A DNA stretch of 64,000 nt from Steroidobacteraceae bacterium (GTDB lineage Bacteria > Pseudomonadota > Gammaproteobacteria > Steroidobacterales > Steroidobacteraceae), in NCBI GenBank assembly GCA_035541695.1, contig DATKMV010000041.1, forward strand, positions 76,583 to 140,582, written 5' to 3'. The notes beneath the pieces are model-generated. The model did not search any database, was not told the DNA's origin, and saw only the letters and a program-made list of their open reading frames with translations. Below, in pieces: positions 8,997-17,917 of the stretch (positions are counted from its first letter, which is position 1; each line of letters begins with the position of its first letter). A program made the translations under genes and the position numbers.

Positions 8997-10010
8997 ATGT
9001 ATACGCAGGCACTCGACAGTCCCGGCAGGGAAACTGCAGCGGGCGCGGCGGAGGGCGAGGCGCAGGCCGCGCGCTTCCAGGCGCGCATCGACGCCGACGA
9101 GAAGATCGAGGCGAAGGACTGGATGCCCGAGGCCTACCGCCAGACCCTCATCCGCCAGATCTCACAGCATGCGCACTCCGAGATCGTCGGCATGCTGCCC
9201 GAGGGCAACTGGATAACACGGGCCCCGACGCTCAAGCGCAAGGCCGTATTGATCGCGAAGGTGCAGGACGAGGGCGGCCACGGCATGTATCTCTACAGCG
9301 CCGCCGAGACGCTCGGCATCTCGCGCGCGCAGATGCTGGAGCAACTGCTGGCGGGCGTCGCCAAGTACTCGAGCATCTTCAACTACCCGACCCTCACCTG
9401 GGCGGACATCGGTGCCATCGGCTGGCTGGTCGATGGCGCGGCGATCATGAACCAGATACCGATCTGTCGCTGCTCCTATGGTCCCTACGCCCGGGCGATG
9501 GTGCGCATCTGCAAGGAGGAGAGCTTTCATCAGCGCCAGGGGTTCGAGATCATGCTCACCCTCACGCAGGGCACCCGCGAGCAGCGCGCCATGGCGCAGG
9601 ACGCACTCAACCGCTGGTGGTGGCCGTCGCTCATGATGTTCGGCCCGAGCGACGCCGACTCGAAGCACACGGCGCAGTCCATGCGCTGGAAGATCAAGCG
9701 CTTCAGCAACGATGAGCTGCGGCAGAAGTTCATCGACACGACCGTGCCGCAGGCACACTTTCTCGGGCTCACCCTCCCCGACGATGCGCTGCACTGGGAC
9801 GAGGCGACCCAGCACTATCGGGCCGGTCCGATCGACTGGAGCGAGTTCTATGCCGTCTTGAAGGGTAACGGCCCCTGCAATCGCGAGCGGCTCGAGGCCC
9901 GCCGGCAGTCACACGAGGCCGGGCGCTGGGTGCGGGAAGCCGCGGCCGTGCACGCGGAGCGGCGGCGCCAGCGCGAGCTGGCAGCGCGCAGCGCGGGAGC
10001 GGCGGCATGA
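8997..10010 (+). CDS. paaA: 1,2-phenylacetyl-CoA epoxidase subunit A
   Basis: [36 protein letters not shown] and the diiron ligand motifs DEGGHG and EESFHQRQG. Start taken at the ATG at 8997 (MYTQ...), which matches the usual PaaA N-terminus. Confidence 0.9.
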   Translation: MYTQALDSPGRETAAGAAEGEAQAARFQARIDADEKIEAKDWMPEAYRQTLIRQISQHAHSEIVGMLPEGNWITRAPTLKRKAVLIAKVQDEGGHGMYLYSAAETLGISRAQMLEQLLAGVAKYSSIFNYPTLTWADIGAIGWLVDGAAIMNQIPICRCSYGPYARAMVRICKEESFHQRQGFEIMLTLTQGTREQRAMAQDALNRWWWPSLMMFGPSDADSKHTAQSMRWKIKRFSNDELRQKFIDTTVPQAHFLGLTLPDDALHWDEATQHYRAGPIDWSEFYAVLKGNGPCNRERLEARRQSHEAGRWVREAAAVHAERRRQRELAARSAGAAA

Positions 10011-10294
10011 GCGAGCAGGACTGGCCCTTGTTCGAGGTGTTCATCCGCTCGCGCGCCGGCCTCGAGCACAAGCATGCCGGGAGCCTGCACGCTGCCGATG
10101 CACGCATGGCGATCGAGCATGCACGCGATGTCTACACGCGCCGCCAGGAAGGTGTGAGCCTGTGGGTAGTACGCTCGAGCGAGATCGTGGCCTCCGATCC
10201 GGAAGAGGCGGATGCGCTCTTCGAGCCGGCGCGCGACAAGGTCTATCGCCATCCGACCTTCTACGCGATTCCGGAGGAGGTCAAGAACCTGTGA
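10007..10294 (+). CDS. paaB: 1,2-phenylacetyl-CoA epoxidase subunit B
   Basis: 95-aa protein ([26 protein letters not shown]...) in the canonical position. ATGA overlap with paaA. Confidence 0.9.
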   Translation: MSEQDWPLFEVFIRSRAGLEHKHAGSLHAADARMAIEHARDVYTRRQEGVSLWVVRSSEIVASDPEEADALFEPARDKVYRHPTFYAIPEEVKNL

Positions 10295-11085
10295 GCACGG
10301 TCGCCGCACCGCTCGCGGAGCGCGCCGCCGCCCCCGAGGCAGCGCACTGCCGCTACGTGCTGCGCCTCGCGGATACCTCGCTCGTGCTCGGACAGCGCCT
10401 CGCCGAATGGATCGGCCACGCCCCCGCGCTCGAGGAGGACCTGGCGCTCGCGAATCTCTCGCTCGATCTCATCGGCCAGGCGCGGCTGCTCCTCAGCTAT
10501 GCCGGCGAGCTCGAAGGCGCCGGCCGTGACGAGGATGCGCTCGCCTTTCTGCGCGATGCGCCGGAGTTCCTCAACCTCACCCTCGCGGAGCAGCCGAACG
10601 GCGACTTCGCACACACCATCGTGCGGCAGTGGCTGCTCGATGCCTGGCAACTCGAGATCTATGGGGCGCTCGAGCGCTCGAGCGATGGCCGCCTCGCCGC
10701 GATCGCCGCCAAGTCCCTGCGCGAGACGCGCTACCATTACCGCTTCAGCAGCGGCTGGCTGGTGCGGCTCGGTGATGGCACGCCCGAGAGCCACGAGCGT
10801 ACGCAGCGCGCTCTCGATGCGCTGTGGCGCTTCACTGCGGAGCTCTTCGCGCCCGATGAGATCGATGAGCACCTGAACAGTCGCGGCATCGCGCCGCGGT
10901 TGCCGCAGCTCGCGCCGCACTGGTCGGCGCGCGTCGAGCAGGATCTGCGCGAGGCGACGCTCGCGCGGCCGGCCACGCAACCCTATCCGTGGCAGGGCAA
11001 GCGCGGGGTGCACAGTGAGCATCTCGGCCACCTGCTCGCGCCGATGCAGCACCTGCAGCGCAGCTATCCCGGCGCGCGCTGGTGA
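10291..11085 (+). CDS. paaC: 1,2-phenylacetyl-CoA epoxidase subunit C
   Basis: GTG at 10291 overlaps the paaB stop (GTGA). YVLRLADTSLVLGQRLAEWIGHAPALEEDLALANLSLDLIGQARLLL is typical of PaaC. Confidence 0.85.
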   Translation: MSTVAAPLAERAAAPEAAHCRYVLRLADTSLVLGQRLAEWIGHAPALEEDLALANLSLDLIGQARLLLSYAGELEGAGRDEDALAFLRDAPEFLNLTLAEQPNGDFAHTIVRQWLLDAWQLEIYGALERSSDGRLAAIAAKSLRETRYHYRFSSGWLVRLGDGTPESHERTQRALDALWRFTAELFAPDEIDEHLNSRGIAPRLPQLAPHWSARVEQDLREATLARPATQPYPWQGKRGVHSEHLGHLLAPMQHLQRSYPGARW

Positions 11086-11104
11086 GTCGCAACGAGAGGC
11101 GCGC

Positions 11105-11587
11105 ATGTCAGCGGAAGGTCAGGTGTGGGAGCTGCTCGCCGGCGTGCCCGATCCCGAGATCCCGGTGCTGAGCATCGTCGATCTCGGCATCGTGCGTGAG
11201 GTGCGGCGCGAGGCCGATGGGCGGTTGCGCGTGAGGATCACTCCCACCTACTCCGGATGCCCCGCCACGGACCTCATTCGCGGCCTCGTCCGCCAGGCGC
11301 TCGATGGCGGCGGCTTTGCGGATGCGCTGCTCGAGGAGGCCCTGTCACCGCCCTGGTCGACGGCCTGGATCAGCGCGGCGGGACGCGAGAAGCTGCGAGC
11401 CTTCGGGATCGCGCCACCCGAGGAGGCCGTCCGGGGGGCTCGTGGCGGCGCGGCAGCCGCCGTGAGCTGCCCGCGCTGCAGCAGCCGCGACACGAGGCGT
11501 GTGAGCGAGTTCGGCTCGACGCCCTGCAAGGCCCACTATCGCTGCGAGGCCTGCGGCGAGCCTTTCGATTACTTCAAGTGCCTGTGA
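11105..11587 (+). CDS. paaD: phenylacetate degradation protein PaaD
   Basis: ATG at 11105. VWELLAGVPDPEIPVLSIVDLGIVREV (MIP18/SufT-like domain) plus a C-terminal Cys cluster (CPRCSS...C...CEACGEPF). Confidence 0.85.
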   Translation: MSAEGQVWELLAGVPDPEIPVLSIVDLGIVREVRREADGRLRVRITPTYSGCPATDLIRGLVRQALDGGGFADALLEEALSPPWSTAWISAAGREKLRAFGIAPPEEAVRGARGGAAAAVSCPRCSSRDTRRVSEFGSTPCKAHYRCEACGEPFDYFKCL

Positions 11588-11588
11588 G

Positions 11589-12668
11589 ATGCGCAAGTTC
11601 CATCCGCTGAAGGTCCTGCAGATCGCGCCGGATGCCGAGGATGCGGTCGCCATCGCGCTCGAGGTGCCCGCGGAGCTCCAGGAGGAGTACCGGGGGAGCG
11701 CGGGGCAGCACGTCGTGGTGCGCCTCGCGCTGGAGGGTGAGGACCTCCGCCGCACCTACTCGCTGGTGAACGCACCCGGGGAATGGCCGCTGCGCATCGT
11801 GCCGCGCGTGCATGCGGAGGGTCGCGTCTCGCGACATCTCGCGGAGCAGCTTCGTCCGGGCGATGTGCTCGAGGTGCTGCCGCCGAACGGGAGCTTCACA
11901 CCGCGCCACCCGCCGGGGGCGAGCGGCACTTACGTCGCCTTTGCCGCCGGCTGCGGCATCACCCCGGTGCTGTCGGTGATCCGCGCGCTGCTCGCGCAGC
12001 CGGGTCCGCGGGTGATTCTCTTCTACGGCAACACGGCGACCGCGCGCGCGATGTGTCTGGAGGAGCTGCTGGCGCTCAAGGACCGGCACCTCGACCGCTT
12101 GTCGCTGCATTTCCTGATGAGCCGTGAGCCACAGGAGGTCGAGCTGTACAACGGGCGCATCGATGCTGCGCGCGTGCGCGCCTTCGCTGCGCGACTGTTC
12201 GAGCCGCGCGCCGTGAGCGAGTACTTCCTCTGCGGGCCGGGCGACATGATCGAGCAGATTGCAGCGACGCTGCGCGAGCTCGGGGTCGATGGCGCGCGCG
12301 TCCATGCGGAGCACTTCACGCTCGCCACCACCGAGACGACGGCAGCACTGCAGCTGCCGCAGCCGTCCGCAGCGCCGGCCGAGGGTCTGGCCGAGGTCAT
12401 CGTGACCATGGATGGGCGGCGGCGCTCCTTCACCATGCGGAGGGACGAAGAGACCGTGCTCGATGCTGCAACGCGCGCGGGGGTGGAGCTGCCGTTCTCC
12501 TGCCGCGCCGGTGTGTGCTCCACCTGCCGCACCAAGGTGCTCCGCGGCGAGGTGGCCATGACGCAGAATTACGCCCTCGAGGACTGGGAGCTCGAACAGG
12601 GCTACGTGCTCGCCTGCCAGTCGCATGTGAAGAGCGCGCTGCTCGAGCTCGATTACGACGAGAAGTGA
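11589..12668 (+). CDS. paaE: 1,2-phenylacetyl-CoA epoxidase reductase subunit
   Basis: FNR-like FAD/NAD domains (RTYSLV) and a C-terminal plant-type 2Fe-2S motif CRAGVCSTCRTKV. Confidence 0.9.
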   Translation: MRKFHPLKVLQIAPDAEDAVAIALEVPAELQEEYRGSAGQHVVVRLALEGEDLRRTYSLVNAPGEWPLRIVPRVHAEGRVSRHLAEQLRPGDVLEVLPPNGSFTPRHPPGASGTYVAFAAGCGITPVLSVIRALLAQPGPRVILFYGNTATARAMCLEELLALKDRHLDRLSLHFLMSREPQEVELYNGRIDAARVRAFAARLFEPRAVSEYFLCGPGDMIEQIAATLRELGVDGARVHAEHFTLATTETTAALQLPQPSAAPAEGLAEVIVTMDGRRRSFTMRRDEETVLDAATRAGVELPFSCRAGVCSTCRTKVLRGEVAMTQNYALEDWELEQGYVLACQSHVKSALLELDYDEK

Positions 12669-12696
12669 GCCGGGCACCCGCGGGCCCGGCTCTTTC
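12669..12696 (+). terminator. GC hairpin plus T-rich tail between paaE and paaG (possible partial terminator or attenuator)
   Basis: GCCGGGC (12669-12675) pairs with GCCCGGC (12684-12690) around an 8-nt loop, followed by TCTTTC. Confidence 0.3.
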
Positions 12697-12708
12697 ACGG
12701 AGCCATCA

Positions 12709-13500
12709 GTGAGCTACGCCAACATACTGTTCGACATGGCCGGCGGCATCGCGCGGCTGACCTTCAATCGGCCCGAGCGGCTCAACAGCTTCAACGCCGC
12801 GATGCACGCCGAGGTGCGCGAGGCGCTCGAGGTGGTGAGGAAGGACGCGCAGGCGCGCGTGCTGGTGCTGAAAGGTGCCGGACGCGGCTTTTGCGCCGGG
12901 CAGGATCTGAGCGACCGTGCGGTGGCGCCGGGCGCGGCGGCCCCGGACCTTGCCGATTCGATCGAGCGCAATTACAAGCCCCTGATTCTGGCGCTGCGTG
13001 AGCTGCCGCTGCCCGTGATCGCCGCGGTGAACGGTGTTGCCGCCGGAGCCGGCGCCAACATCGCGCTCGCCTGCGACATCGTGGTGGCGGCGCGCTCGGC
13101 GAGCTTCGTGCAGGCCTTCGCCCGGCTCGGTCTCGTGCCGGACTCCGGCGGCACCTGGTTCCTGCCGCGGCTGCTCGGCACGGCGCGGGCGCTGGGCCTG
13201 GCGCTGCTCGGCGAGAAGCTCGAGGCGGAGCAGGCGCAGGCGTGGGGGATGATCTGGCGCTGTGTCGAGGATGCGGAGCTCGAGCCCGTGGTCGAGAGCC
13301 TGGCGCTGCATTTTGCCGCTGCACCGACGCGCGGGCTCGCGCGCACCAAGCAGGCGATCTACGGTGGCCTGAACCGCACGCTCCGCGAGCAGCTCGACAT
13401 CGAGCGCGATTATCAGGGAGAGCTCGGCCGGACTTCCGACTACGCCGAGGGGGTCGCAGCCTTCACCGCTAAGCGCGCGCCGCGCTTCACCGGGCGTTGA
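12709..13500 (+). CDS. paaG: enoyl-CoA hydratase/isomerase family protein, PaaG-like (1,2-epoxyphenylacetyl-CoA isomerase)
   Basis: GTG start. Crotonase motifs (LTFNRPERLNSFN, GAGRGFCAGQDL). The assignment relies on its position within the paa cluster. Confidence 0.8.
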   Translation: MSYANILFDMAGGIARLTFNRPERLNSFNAAMHAEVREALEVVRKDAQARVLVLKGAGRGFCAGQDLSDRAVAPGAAAPDLADSIERNYKPLILALRELPLPVIAAVNGVAAGAGANIALACDIVVAARSASFVQAFARLGLVPDSGGTWFLPRLLGTARALGLALLGEKLEAEQAQAWGMIWRCVEDAELEPVVESLALHFAAAPTRGLARTKQAIYGGLNRTLREQLDIERDYQGELGRTSDYAEGVAAFTAKRAPRFTGR

Positions 13501-13511
13501 CGGGAGGTCGT

Positions 13512-13958
13512 ATGAGCGGGCAGACACCGGGTGCGGCACAACAGCGGGCGGAACGCGCAGCGGCGGCGCTGTTCGAGCGTGATGGCGCGAGTCAGACGCT
13601 CGGCATGCGACTCGCGGCGGTGCGTCCGGGGTGGGCGAAGGTGGTGATGCGCGTGCGCGCGGACATGGTGAACGGGCATGGGCTCTGCCACGGCGGTATC
13701 GTATTCGCCCTGGCCGACAGCGCCTTCGCGTTCGCCTGCAACTCGTACAACGAGTCGACCGTCGCCGCGGCGGCCTCGATCGATTTCCTCGCCGCCGCAC
13801 GCGAGGGCGATGAGCTCACCGCGGAGGCGAGCGAGCTGTGGCGCTCGCGGCGCAACGGCATTTACGAGATGAGCGTTTGCAACCAGCGCGGTGAGCGCAT
13901 CGCGCTGGTGCGCGGACGCTCCTGGCGCGTCGAAGGCGTGGTGGTGAGCGAGGAGTGA
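13512..13958 (+). CDS. paaI: hydroxyphenylacetyl-CoA thioesterase PaaI (hotdog fold)
   Basis: NGHGLCHGGIVFALADSAFAFACN motif. The ATG at 13512 is preceded by GGGAGG. The track start at 13497 is a TTG overlapping the paaG stop. Confidence 0.8.
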   Translation: MSGQTPGAAQQRAERAAAALFERDGASQTLGMRLAAVRPGWAKVVMRVRADMVNGHGLCHGGIVFALADSAFAFACNSYNESTVAAAASIDFLAAAREGDELTAEASELWRSRRNGIYEMSVCNQRGERIALVRGRSWRVEGVVVSEE

Positions 13959-13963
13959 GCGCC

Positions 13964-16018
13964 ATGCAGCTGCAGAGCTTCATCGCCGGGGAGTGGCGTG
14001 CGGGCGGCGGCGCCGGGGTGGCGCTGCGCGATGCCACCACCGGAGAGGTCGTCGCTCACGCGAGCGCCGCCGGGCTCGACCTGGAGCTGATGCTGCGACA
14101 CGCGCGCGAGACAGGCGGACCGAAGCTGCGGCGGCTCACCTTCCATGAGCGCGCGGCGCTGCTCAAGTCGCTCGCGCGGGACCTCACCGAGCACAAGGAC
14201 GAGTTCTACCGGCTCTCCTATGCCACCGGCGCCACCAAGGCGGACTCCTGGATCGATATCGACGGCGGCATCAGTACGCTGTTCGTGTACGCGAGCAAAG
14301 GCACGCGCGAGCTGCCCAACAGCCGCGTGTACGTTGACGGAGCTCTCGAGATGCTGTCGAAGAGCGGCAGCTTCGTCGGCCAGCACCTGTGCGTACCGCT
14401 CGAGGGGGCGGCGGTGCACATCAACGCGTTCAATTTTCCGGTCTGGGGCATGCTGGAGAAGCTCGCGCCGGCGTTGCTCGCGGGAGTGCCCGCGATCGTC
14501 AAGCCCGCCACGCAGACGAGCTACCTCACCGAATGCGTGTTCCGCCGCATCATCGCCTCCGGCATCCTGCCGGAGGGCGCGGTACAGCTCCTGTGCGGCG
14601 CCGCGGGCGACCTCCTCGACCATCTCACCTGTCAGGACATCGTCTGCTTCACCGGCTCGGCCTCGACCGCACTCAAGCTGCGCGAGCACCCGCGCGTCAC
14701 GGCCGACGCGGTGCGCTTCACGGCCGAGACCGACTCGCTGAACTCGTCCATTCTCGGACCGGATGCGGGTGCGGGGAGTCCCGAGCTCGAGCTGTTCGTG
14801 CGTGAGGTCGTGCGCGAGATGACGGTCAAGGCCGGGCAGAAGTGCACCGCGATCCGCCGCGCGCTGGTGCCCGCGGCGCTCGCCGGCGATGTGGTCGAGG
14901 CGCTGCGCGCGGCACTGTCACAGGTGGTGGTGGGCGATCCACGCCTCGAGAAGGTGCGCATGGGACCCCTGGCGTCACTTGCGCAGCGTCGGGAAGTGCT
15001 CGAGCAGCTCACACGGCTCGAGCGGGAAGCGCAGCTCATCTGCGGCGGCGCGCGCGAGGCGCAGCCGCTCGGGGCGGACGCAGAGCGTGGCGCCTTCATC
15101 GCACCGACGCTCCTCTACTGCCGCGAGCCGCAGTCCGCGGGCGCGATCCATTCCGTAGAGGCTTTCGGGCCGGTGTGCACACTGATTCCCTACGGCAGCC
15201 GCGAGGAAGCGATCACGCTGGCACGCCGAGGCGGTGGCAGCCTCGTGAGCTCCATCTTCAGCGCGGATGACGCGCTCGCCGCGCAGCTCGTCCTCGGGCT
15301 GGCGCCGTACCACGGACGCATCCTGGTGGCGAATCGCCACTGTGCACGCGACTCCACGGGCCACGGGTCACCCCTGCCGCATCTGGTGCACGGCGGTCCG
15401 GGGCGAGCCGGGGGCGGAGAGGAGATGGGCGGGATACGCGGCGTGCTGCATTACCTCCAACGCACTGCGGTGCAGGGCACACCGGATCTGATCGCCGCGG
15501 CGAGCGGCCGCTGGGTGAAGGGGGCGCGCGAGCGCGATCCCGGCGTGCACCCGTTTCGCAAGCCTTTCGGCGCACTCGTGATCGGCGACACGTTCCATTC
15601 GGCCGAGCGGGCGGTGACGGTGGAGGACATCGAGCGGTTTGCGGCGCTCTCGGGGGATCGTTTCTATGCTCACATGGACGAGACGCAGGCGGCTCGCAAT
15701 CCACTCTTCGGCGGCCGCGTCGCGCACGGCTACTTCCTCATCGCGGCCGCGGCCGGGCTGTTCGTCGACCCGGACTTCGGACCGGTGCTCGCGAACTACG
15801 GCATCGACAACCTGCGGTTCGTGAAGCCGGTGAAGCCCGGCGACCGCATTCGCGTGCGCCTCACGTGCAAGGAGAAATCGTTGCGCGCCGGAGCCGGTTA
15901 CGGCGAGGTGCGCTGGGATACCGCCATCACCAACCAGGATGGCGAAGCAGTGGCGAATTACGACGTGCTCACCATGGTGAGCGAGAGCGCGACTCCGCAG
16001 GCCCCCGCTGCCTCCTGA
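13964..16018 (+). CDS. paaZ: bifunctional oxepin-CoA hydrolase / 3-oxo-5,6-dehydrosuberyl-CoA semialdehyde dehydrogenase
   Basis: N-terminal aldehyde dehydrogenase domain plus a C-terminal MaoC hydratase domain (FAALSGDRFYAHMDETQAARNPLFGGRVAHGY). The ATG at 13964 (MQLQSFIAGEW) has GAGGAG upstream. The track start at 13955 is GTG. Confidence 0.85.
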   Translation: MQLQSFIAGEWRAGGGAGVALRDATTGEVVAHASAAGLDLELMLRHARETGGPKLRRLTFHERAALLKSLARDLTEHKDEFYRLSYATGATKADSWIDIDGGISTLFVYASKGTRELPNSRVYVDGALEMLSKSGSFVGQHLCVPLEGAAVHINAFNFPVWGMLEKLAPALLAGVPAIVKPATQTSYLTECVFRRIIASGILPEGAVQLLCGAAGDLLDHLTCQDIVCFTGSASTALKLREHPRVTADAVRFTAETDSLNSSILGPDAGAGSPELELFVREVVREMTVKAGQKCTAIRRALVPAALAGDVVEALRAALSQVVVGDPRLEKVRMGPLASLAQRREVLEQLTRLEREAQLICGGAREAQPLGADAERGAFIAPTLLYCREPQSAGAIHSVEAFGPVCTLIPYGSREEAITLARRGGGSLVSSIFSADDALAAQLVLGLAPYHGRILVANRHCARDSTGHGSPLPHLVHGGPGRAGGGEEMGGIRGVLHYLQRTAVQGTPDLIAAASGRWVKGARERDPGVHPFRKPFGALVIGDTFHSAERAVTVEDIERFAALSGDRFYAHMDETQAARNPLFGGRVAHGYFLIAAAAGLFVDPDFGPVLANYGIDNLRFVKPVKPGDRIRVRLTCKEKSLRAGAGYGEVRWDTAITNQDGEAVANYDVLTMVSESATPQAPAAS

Positions 16019-16032
16019 AGGGCGCCGGCGCC

Positions 16033-17133
16033 TCAGACGCCGCGCGCCAGGGTGAAAGCATGGCCGCGGGTCGATACCGCCTTGACGAGCGTCCACACGG
16101 CATCGCCCGGCTGCAGGTTGAGGGCGCGCCGCGCATCCTGGGTGATGCGCGCGAGGACGATCGCGCCCCCCACATCGACGCGCACCAGCGCCGCCCCGGA
16201 CTCGTCATCGGAGATCGCGATGACGGTGCTCGCGAGCGCATTGCGCACCGACAGTCCCTGCACCGGCTGCGTTGCGAGGATGACATCGCGGGCGAGCAGC
16301 TGCAGCCGCACGCGCATGCCGGGCTGCACGTCGCGCAGGCTCACCTGCAGCGTCCCGCTGCCGACCGCGAGCTCGGCGCTGCCGGCCGCTTCGTTCACCC
16401 GCGTCACCAGTCCCTCGACCACCGCACCGGCAAGGTCGTGGCCGACGATGCTCTGCAGCTGCGGGTACAGGCTCATCTCCTCCACCGCACCTTCGGCGAG
16501 CACCTGTCCACCGTCGAGCAGCACCAGGTGCGTCGCCAGACGCAACACCTCATCGAATTGATGGCTGACGAGCACCATGGGAACCGACAGCCGCTCACGT
16601 ACGGCCACCAGGTAGGGCAGTATCTCCTCGCGCCGCGAGACATCGAGCGATGCCAGCGGCTCATCGAGCAGCAGCAGCCGCGGCCGCGACAGCAGCGCAC
16701 GGCCGAGCGACACGCGCTGCCGCTCCCCGCCCGAGAGCTCCCATGGACGGCGTTGCAGGAGCGACGCGAGGCCGAGGAGATCCACCACCTCGTCGAAGGC
16801 GAGCAGCGGCGGTGCGCGCCGCCGGCGGCGCTCGCCGTAGCGGAGATTGCTCACCACCGAAAGGTGCGGGAACAGCCGCGCATCCTGGAACACGCAGCCG
16901 ATCCGGCGCCGCTCCGCCGGCACTGCAATGCCGCGGCGCGCGTCGGTGAGTATCTCGCCATCGAGGCTCACGGCACCCGCATCGGGCGCGAGCAGCCCCG
17001 CGATCAGATTGATGAGCGTGCTCTTGCCACTGCCCGAGCGCCCAAAGAGCGCGATGACGCCCGGTGTCGGGGCGCTGAAGGTCGCATCGAGGCGGAACGC
17101 CCCGAGCTGCTTGAGGACGGAGACCTCCAGCAT
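16033..17133 (-). CDS. modC: molybdate ABC transporter ATP-binding protein
   Basis: Walker A GRSGSGKST, signature LSGGERQRV, Walker B LLLLDEPLASLD and a C-terminal Mop/TOBE domain. Collinear with E. coli ModC as I recall it. Confidence 0.85.
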   Translation of the reverse strand: MLEVSVLKQLGAFRLDATFSAPTPGVIALFGRSGSGKSTLINLIAGLLAPDAGAVSLDGEILTDARRGIAVPAERRRIGCVFQDARLFPHLSVVSNLRYGERRRRRAPPLLAFDEVVDLLGLASLLQRRPWELSGGERQRVSLGRALLSRPRLLLLDEPLASLDVSRREEILPYLVAVRERLSVPMVLVSHQFDEVLRLATHLVLLDGGQVLAEGAVEEMSLYPQLQSIVGHDLAGAVVEGLVTRVNEAAGSAELAVGSGTLQVSLRDVQPGMRVRLQLLARDVILATQPVQGLSVRNALASTVIAISDDESGAALVRVDVGGAIVLARITQDARRALNLQPGDAVWTLVKAVSTRGHAFTLARGV

Positions 17134-17134
17134 C

Positions 17135-17830
17135 TCAGCCGCCCAGACGCCGGCGCACGCGCCGCACGATCAGCTCCGCGGTGAGCAGCCCGAGGATGCC
17201 GAGCGCGAAGGAGAGCATGGCGAGACGGAGGGCAAGCGCGTCGCCGCCGGGGGACTGCATCGCGGTGTAGAGCGCCAGCGGCAGCGTGCGCGTCACCCCC
17301 GGCACGTTGGCGGCGAAGGTGATGACGGCGCCGAATTCGCCAAGTCCCGCGGCAAAAGCCGTCACCGCACCTGCCAGGATCCCCGGCAGCATCAGCGGCA
17401 GCGTGATCGAGAGGAAGCGGTCGAGCGGCGCCGCCCCGAGCGTGCGCGCCGCGTCCTCGAGTCCGCGGTCCACGTTCTCGAGCGCGATGCGGATCGCGCG
17501 AACCATGAGGGGGAAGGTCATGACGGCGGTGGCGAGTGCCGCTCCGGCGGTGGTGAAGGGCAGGTGGATGCCGAATCGCCTGCCCAGCCAGGCGCCGAGC
17601 GGGGCGTGGGCACCCAGAAGCAGCAGCAGCACGTAACCTACGGCCACCGGCGGCAGCACCAGCGGCAGATGCACGAGTGCATCGAGCAGGAGGCGTCCCC
17701 GGAAGCGGGCGCGCGTCAACACCCACGCCGCGAGCACCGCGAGCGGCAGGCTGAAGGCAACGCTGCGCAAGGCGACCTCGAGGCTGAGGCGCAGCGCCTC
17801 CAGCTCGGCTGAGTCTGGCGGACCGGTCAC
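17135..17830 (-). CDS. modB: molybdate ABC transporter permease
   Basis: LDALVHLPLVLPPVAVGYVLL and FPLMVRAIRIALENVD...AARTLGA closely resemble E. coli ModB. I prefer the GTG at 17830 (about 231 aa) over the track GTG at 17890. Confidence 0.8.
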   Translation of the reverse strand: MTGPPDSAELEALRLSLEVALRSVAFSLPLAVLAAWVLTRARFRGRLLLDALVHLPLVLPPVAVGYVLLLLLGAHAPLGAWLGRRFGIHLPFTTAGAALATAVMTFPLMVRAIRIALENVDRGLEDAARTLGAAPLDRFLSITLPLMLPGILAGAVTAFAAGLGEFGAVITFAANVPGVTRTLPLALYTAMQSPGGDALALRLAMLSFALGILGLLTAELIVRRVRRRLGG

Positions 17831-17859
17831 GGGCGAGCGAGACCGCGGAGTTGTTATTG

Positions 17860-17892
17860 CTGTGGCGACTCTCTCACACGCGCCCGCCACAG
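17860..17892 (-). other. stem-loop between the cysteine synthase gene and modB
   Basis: CTGTGGCG (17860-17867) pairs with CGCCACAG (17885-17892) around a 17-nt loop. No U-tract follows on the transcribed strand. Confidence 0.3.
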
Positions 17893-17917
17893 GGCCAGCG
17901 CCGCGTGGCGCGCAGGC

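Noticed and set aside
16019-16032. Perfect palindrome GGCGCCGGCGCC (16021-16032) in the 14-nt gap between convergent paaZ and modC.
   Set aside because: It is too short, with no loop, to form a terminator hairpin. It is most likely a chance GC palindrome.
16033-17830. Whether the permease/ATPase pair is really CysT/W-CysA (sulfate transporter), given the sulfur-assimilation neighbours.
   Set aside because: Both proteins align in my recollection much better with E. coli ModB and ModC. There is a single permease rather than the CysT plus CysW pair, and the ATPase has the ModC-like tail. I kept them as modBC and raised the context as a finding.
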